Of a stretch of 64,000 nt of DNA, positions 61,113 through 64,000 are shown piece after piece (positions within the stretch are counted from its first letter, which is position 1; each line of letters starts with the position of its first letter). The notes below the pieces were generated by a model, which was given only the letters and a program-made list of their open reading frames with translations, was not told where the DNA came from and searched no databases. The stretch covers positions 2,096 through 66,095 of the forward strand of contig CAVZSB010000004.1 in the NCBI GenBank assembly GCA_963777635.1. Reading direction: 5' to 3'. The position numbers and the translations under genes are program-made. The DNA is from an uncultured Alphaproteobacteria bacterium (GTDB lineage Bacteria > Pseudomonadota > Alphaproteobacteria > Rhizobiales > Xanthobacteraceae).

Positions 61113-61202
61113 CGTCATTGCGAGGAGCGCTAGCGACGAAGCCATCCAGTCAGCCTGCGCCGCGTTCTGGATTGCTTCGGCCCGCTGTGCCTCGCAATGA
61201 CG
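61113..61202. repeat. ~90-bp palindromic REP/MITE-like element (CGTCATTGCGAGG...CCTCGCAATGACG)
   Basis: Arms CGTCATTGCGAGGAGCGCTAGCGACGAAGCCATCCAG and CTGGATTGCTTCGGCCCGCTGTGCCTCGCAATGACG are imperfect reverse complements. The element resembles a palindromic repeat common in Rhizobiales genomes (recollection). Confidence 0.7.
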
Positions 61203-61224
61203 ATGTATCGGCGGCGTATCCAGC

Positions 61225-61722
61225 TCACCTTTTGAACAGCCCCATGATCGCCGCCTTGGCCAGCGTATTGAAATGCAGATTGAAGCCGACGACCGCGGCC
61301 GACGTATCCGCTTTCACGTCGAGCTTGTCGGCCTTGACGGCGAACACGGTGAACAGATAGCGGTGCGGATGGTCGCCTTCGGGCGGGCATGGGCCGCCAT
61401 AGCCGGGCGCACCGAAGTCGGTGCGCGTTTGCAATGCGCCCGCAGGCAGCTTGCCGCCTGCGCTGCCAGCGCCCTCGGCGAGTTCGCTCGCATCCGCCGC
61501 GATGTTCACCACGAGCCAGTGCCAAAAGCCCGAGCCGGTTGGCGCGTCCGGGTCGTAGCAGGTGACGGCGAAGCTCTTCGTTCCGGCCGGCGCGCCCGAC
61601 CACTTGAGATGCGGCGACTTGTTGCCGCCGGCGCAGCCGAAACCGAAATCGGCCGACAGGATGAAATCGCTCGGCAGATAGTCGCCGTCCTTGAAACTGT
61701 TGCTGGTGACCGTGAACGCCAT
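61225..61722 (-). CDS. YbhB/YbcL family Raf-kinase-inhibitor-like (PEBP) protein
   Basis: ...SPHLKWSGAPAGTKSFAVTCYDPDAPTGSGFWHW...GYGGPCPPEGDHPHRYLFTVFA. Confidence 0.88.
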   Translation of the reverse strand: MAFTVTSNSFKDGDYLPSDFILSADFGFGCAGGNKSPHLKWSGAPAGTKSFAVTCYDPDAPTGSGFWHWLVVNIAADASELAEGAGSAGGKLPAGALQTRTDFGAPGYGGPCPPEGDHPHRYLFTVFAVKADKLDVKADTSAAVVGFNLHFNTLAKAAIMGLFKR

Positions 61723-61846
61723 GTTGCCGTCTCCTTCGCCGCCCGCGGGCTTTGAGTAACGCGGCGAGGATAGTCATGGATCGGCGGCAGCGAAAGGCGG
61801 TGACGCGCCGTTGGCCGGTTTCCGCCGTGCATGCTAACCAAACGCC

Positions 61847-62326
61847 ATGGCCGTTTTTCCCCTCACGGAGATCGCGTCGCTCCTGCCGGCGCGCGGCGCG
61901 CTGATCGGTCTCGATCTCGGCACCAAAACCATCGGCGTCGCCGTCAGCGATCCGGATCGGCGGCTGGCCACTCCGGTCGAGACTATTTCGCGCCACCGAT
62001 TTTCACTCGACGCCGAACATCTCTTCAAGCTCTCAGGGGAGCGCCATGCCGTCGGCTTTGTGCTCGGCTTGCCGGTCAACATGGATGGAACCGAGGGCCC
62101 GCGCGCGCAAGCGACGCGCGCCTTCGCCCGCAATCTCGCAAGGCTGACCGAGCTTCCGATCGCCTTGTGGGACGAGCGGCTCTCGACCGCCGCGGTCGAA
62201 CGCGCGCTGATCGAAGCCGACGTCAGCCGCGCCAAGCGCAAGGCCGTGATCGATCAGCACGCCGCCGCCTACATCCTGCAAGGCGCGCTCGACCGGCTGG
62301 CAAGGAGCCAGACCGCAGACGCATGA
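61847..62326 (+). CDS. ruvX: Holliday junction resolvase-like protein RuvX (YqgF)
   Basis: LIGLDLGTKTIGVAVSD...GLPVNMDGTEGPRAQATRAF...WDERLSTAAVER. Confidence 0.9.
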   Translation: MAVFPLTEIASLLPARGALIGLDLGTKTIGVAVSDPDRRLATPVETISRHRFSLDAEHLFKLSGERHAVGFVLGLPVNMDGTEGPRAQATRAFARNLARLTELPIALWDERLSTAAVERALIEADVSRAKRKAVIDQHAAAYILQGALDRLARSQTADA

Positions 62327-62422
62327 TCGCGCTGCAACAATGTCACCCGGCGGCCCTGATCACGAAGACGCCATCATCAAACGGCATTTTCAGCCTGGGG
62401 CGGCTTGGCGGGGAGAGTTCCA

Positions 62423-63128
62423 ATGAAGCGGAACCTGGTTGCGGCATTACTGGTTTTCTTTGCAGGTCATGCGTGGGCGGCTGACATGCCGATGCCGGCG
62501 CCCGCACCGCCGCCGCTCTATTTGCCTGAAGCGCGGGTCTACAACTGGACGGGCTTTTACGTCGGCATAAACGGCGGCGGAGCGTTCGGCCTAAGCAACT
62601 GGACCTCGCCTCCACCGGCGACCGGCAATTTCACCGTTAGCGGCGGGCTTGTCGGCGGCACCGTAGGCGCCAACTACCAGCTTGGGCAGCGTCGTGTTTG
62701 GCGTTGAGGCCGACGCCGACTGGAGCAATATCAGCGGCACGACCTTCAATACGTCATGCGCCGGTGTGGGTTGCGAGACGGATAGCGATTGGCTCGCGAC
62801 CGTTCGCGGCCGCGTAGGATACGCGTGGGACCGCTTCCTCGTTTACGGGACTGCCGGCGGCGCGTTCGCCAACGTCCAGGGTTCGGCGGGTTTGTCTTCG
62901 TTCAGCAACTCGACACAGGTCGGCTGGACGGCTGGCGCGGGTGTCGAATACGCGTTCGCGCCGAACTGGACTGCCAAGGTGGAATATCTCTTCGTCGATC
63001 TGGCCAACGCGTCGTGCGGTTCGGCGAGTTGCGGTGGCCTGACAAACACCGGTGCCCCGACAAATACCACGATCACGTTCAACGAGAACATCATTCGCGG
63101 CGGCGTCAATTTCAAATTCGGCTGGTAA
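62423..63128 (+). CDS. Omp25/Omp31-type beta-barrel outer membrane protein, with apparent 1-nt frame break near 62678..62686
   Basis: The signal peptide MKRNLVAALLVFFAGHAWA and WTGFYVGINGGGAFG...GGTVGANYQ are in one frame. LGSVVFGVEADADWS...WTAKVEYLFVDL...GGVNFKFGW continues in the next frame (track ORF 62682..63128). Confidence 0.8.
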
Positions 63129-63195
63129 TTTTATGAAATCCGGGACTAAGCGGCCGCTGCCGACCGATGCGATTTATCAGTACGCGGTCTGAACT

Positions 63196-64000
63196 TCACG
63201 CTTCCGGCAGCGCGCGCTGCAACAACGTCTCCGCCGTCCGCGCATCAATACCGTCGGCGCCGTAGAGCGCGGCGTGCTGCGCAACGAGCCGCGTGCGCGC
63301 GAATCCTTCGACGATTGCGGGCGGTGCGCTCGCCTCGAGCGCGGCAGTCGCCGCAAGGCCCGCAAGCTTGCCCACCGTGATGCGCGCAGCAGCCTCGCTT
63401 TCGAATTCGTTTGCCGGCGCAAACGGTGCTTTGTCGGCGCCGGTCAGCGGCGCGGCCTGCCGCGCCAACTCGCCGAACAGATCGGCGGCCTCTTTGTCCC
63501 GCTTGAGTGCGCGCAGGACGTCGAGACACATCACATTGCCGGAACCTTCCCAGATCGCGTTGACCGGAGCCTCGCGGTAGAGCCGCGGCAGCACGCTTTC
63601 TTCGACGTAACCGTTGCCGCCGAGGCACTCCATCGCTTCATAGATAAAACTCGGCGCGGTCTTGCAGATCCAGTATTTGGCCGCCGGCGTGACGAGCCGC
63701 GCGTAGGCGGCTTCGCGCGGGTCGGTGGCGGCAAGGTCGAATGCGCGCGCCAGCCGCATCACCAGCGCCACCGCGCCCTCGACTTCCAGCGCGAGATCCG
63801 CCAGCACCGCGCGCATCATCGGCTGGTCGTAGAGATGCTTCTGGAACACCGAACGATAGCGGCAATGGTGCACGGCCTGCGCCAGCGCCATCCGCATGAA
63901 ACCGGACGAGGCGAGCGCGCAATCGAGCCGCGTCAATTGCACCATCTGGATGATGGTGCGCACGCCGGCGCCCTCGTCGCCGACCTTCAACGCATAAGCG
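63196..64000 (-). CDS. acyl-CoA dehydrogenase family protein (AidB-like), 5' end beyond the window
   Basis: ...CLGGNGYVEESVLPRLYREAPVNAIWEGSGNVMCLDVLRAL... The reading frame is open to the window edge. Confidence 0.8.
   Translation of the reverse strand, partial: AYALKVGDEGAGVRTIIQMVQLTRLDCALASSGFMRMALAQAVHHCRYRSVFQKHLYDQPMMRAVLADLALEVEGAVALVMRLARAFDLAATDPREAAYARLVTPAAKYWICKTAPSFIYEAMECLGGNGYVEESVLPRLYREAPVNAIWEGSGNVMCLDVLRALKRDKEAADLFGELARQAAPLTGADKAPFAPANEFESEAAARITVGKLAGLAATAALEASAPPAIVEGFARTRLVAQHAALYGADGIDARTAETLLQRALPEA

Overview
High-GC alphaproteobacterial chromosome segment. Gene order, an LpxI-type lipid A pathway, a short-type ProRS and GTTC-N7-GTTC SOS boxes suggest Hyphomicrobiales, possibly Nitrobacteraceae/Bradyrhizobiaceae; this placement is inference only. 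Nearly all genes are on the minus strand. The core has three conserved blocks. (1) The envelope and translation cluster rpsB-tsf-pyrH-frr-uppS-cdsA-dxr-rseP-bamA-lpxD-fabZ-lpxA-lpxI-lpxB-fabH (3.8-19.6 kb). (2) An ABC-F ATPase, dnaE, lolD/lolCE, proS, methylmalonyl-CoA epimerase, two GTPase membrane proteins, RNase J and birA (19.8-40.6 kb). (3) A complete nuoA-N operon (40.6-56.1 kb) with two extra genes inside it, a hotdog thioesterase and a DUF3291 gene. Accessory content is in two places. A visibly lower-GC islet of about 6 kb lies between dnaE and lolD (25.1-31.1 kb). It holds a DUF3800 gene, small orphan ORFs, an IS3-family element split by an IS30-family element, and a Cys/Trp/Arg-rich secreted peptide. 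An IS701-family element splits an FNR-like regulator gene next to tRNA-Asp (57.2-58.7 kb). The RNA genes are tRNA-Asp(GTC) and tRNA-Val(TAC); there is no rRNA and no CRISPR array. The most interesting signal is at 25.29-25.45 kb: two inverted alphaproteobacterial LexA boxes embedded in a near-consensus sigma70 promoter, followed by a strong SD and an unlisted 32-codon hydrophobic ORF just upstream of dnaE. This is a candidate SOS-induced small membrane protein. Four conserved genes (bamA, DUF3291, an Omp25/31-like porin, the IS701 transposase) each show a single-nucleotide frame break at a short homopolymer. That pattern points to assembly indels rather than biology and needs read-level checking.
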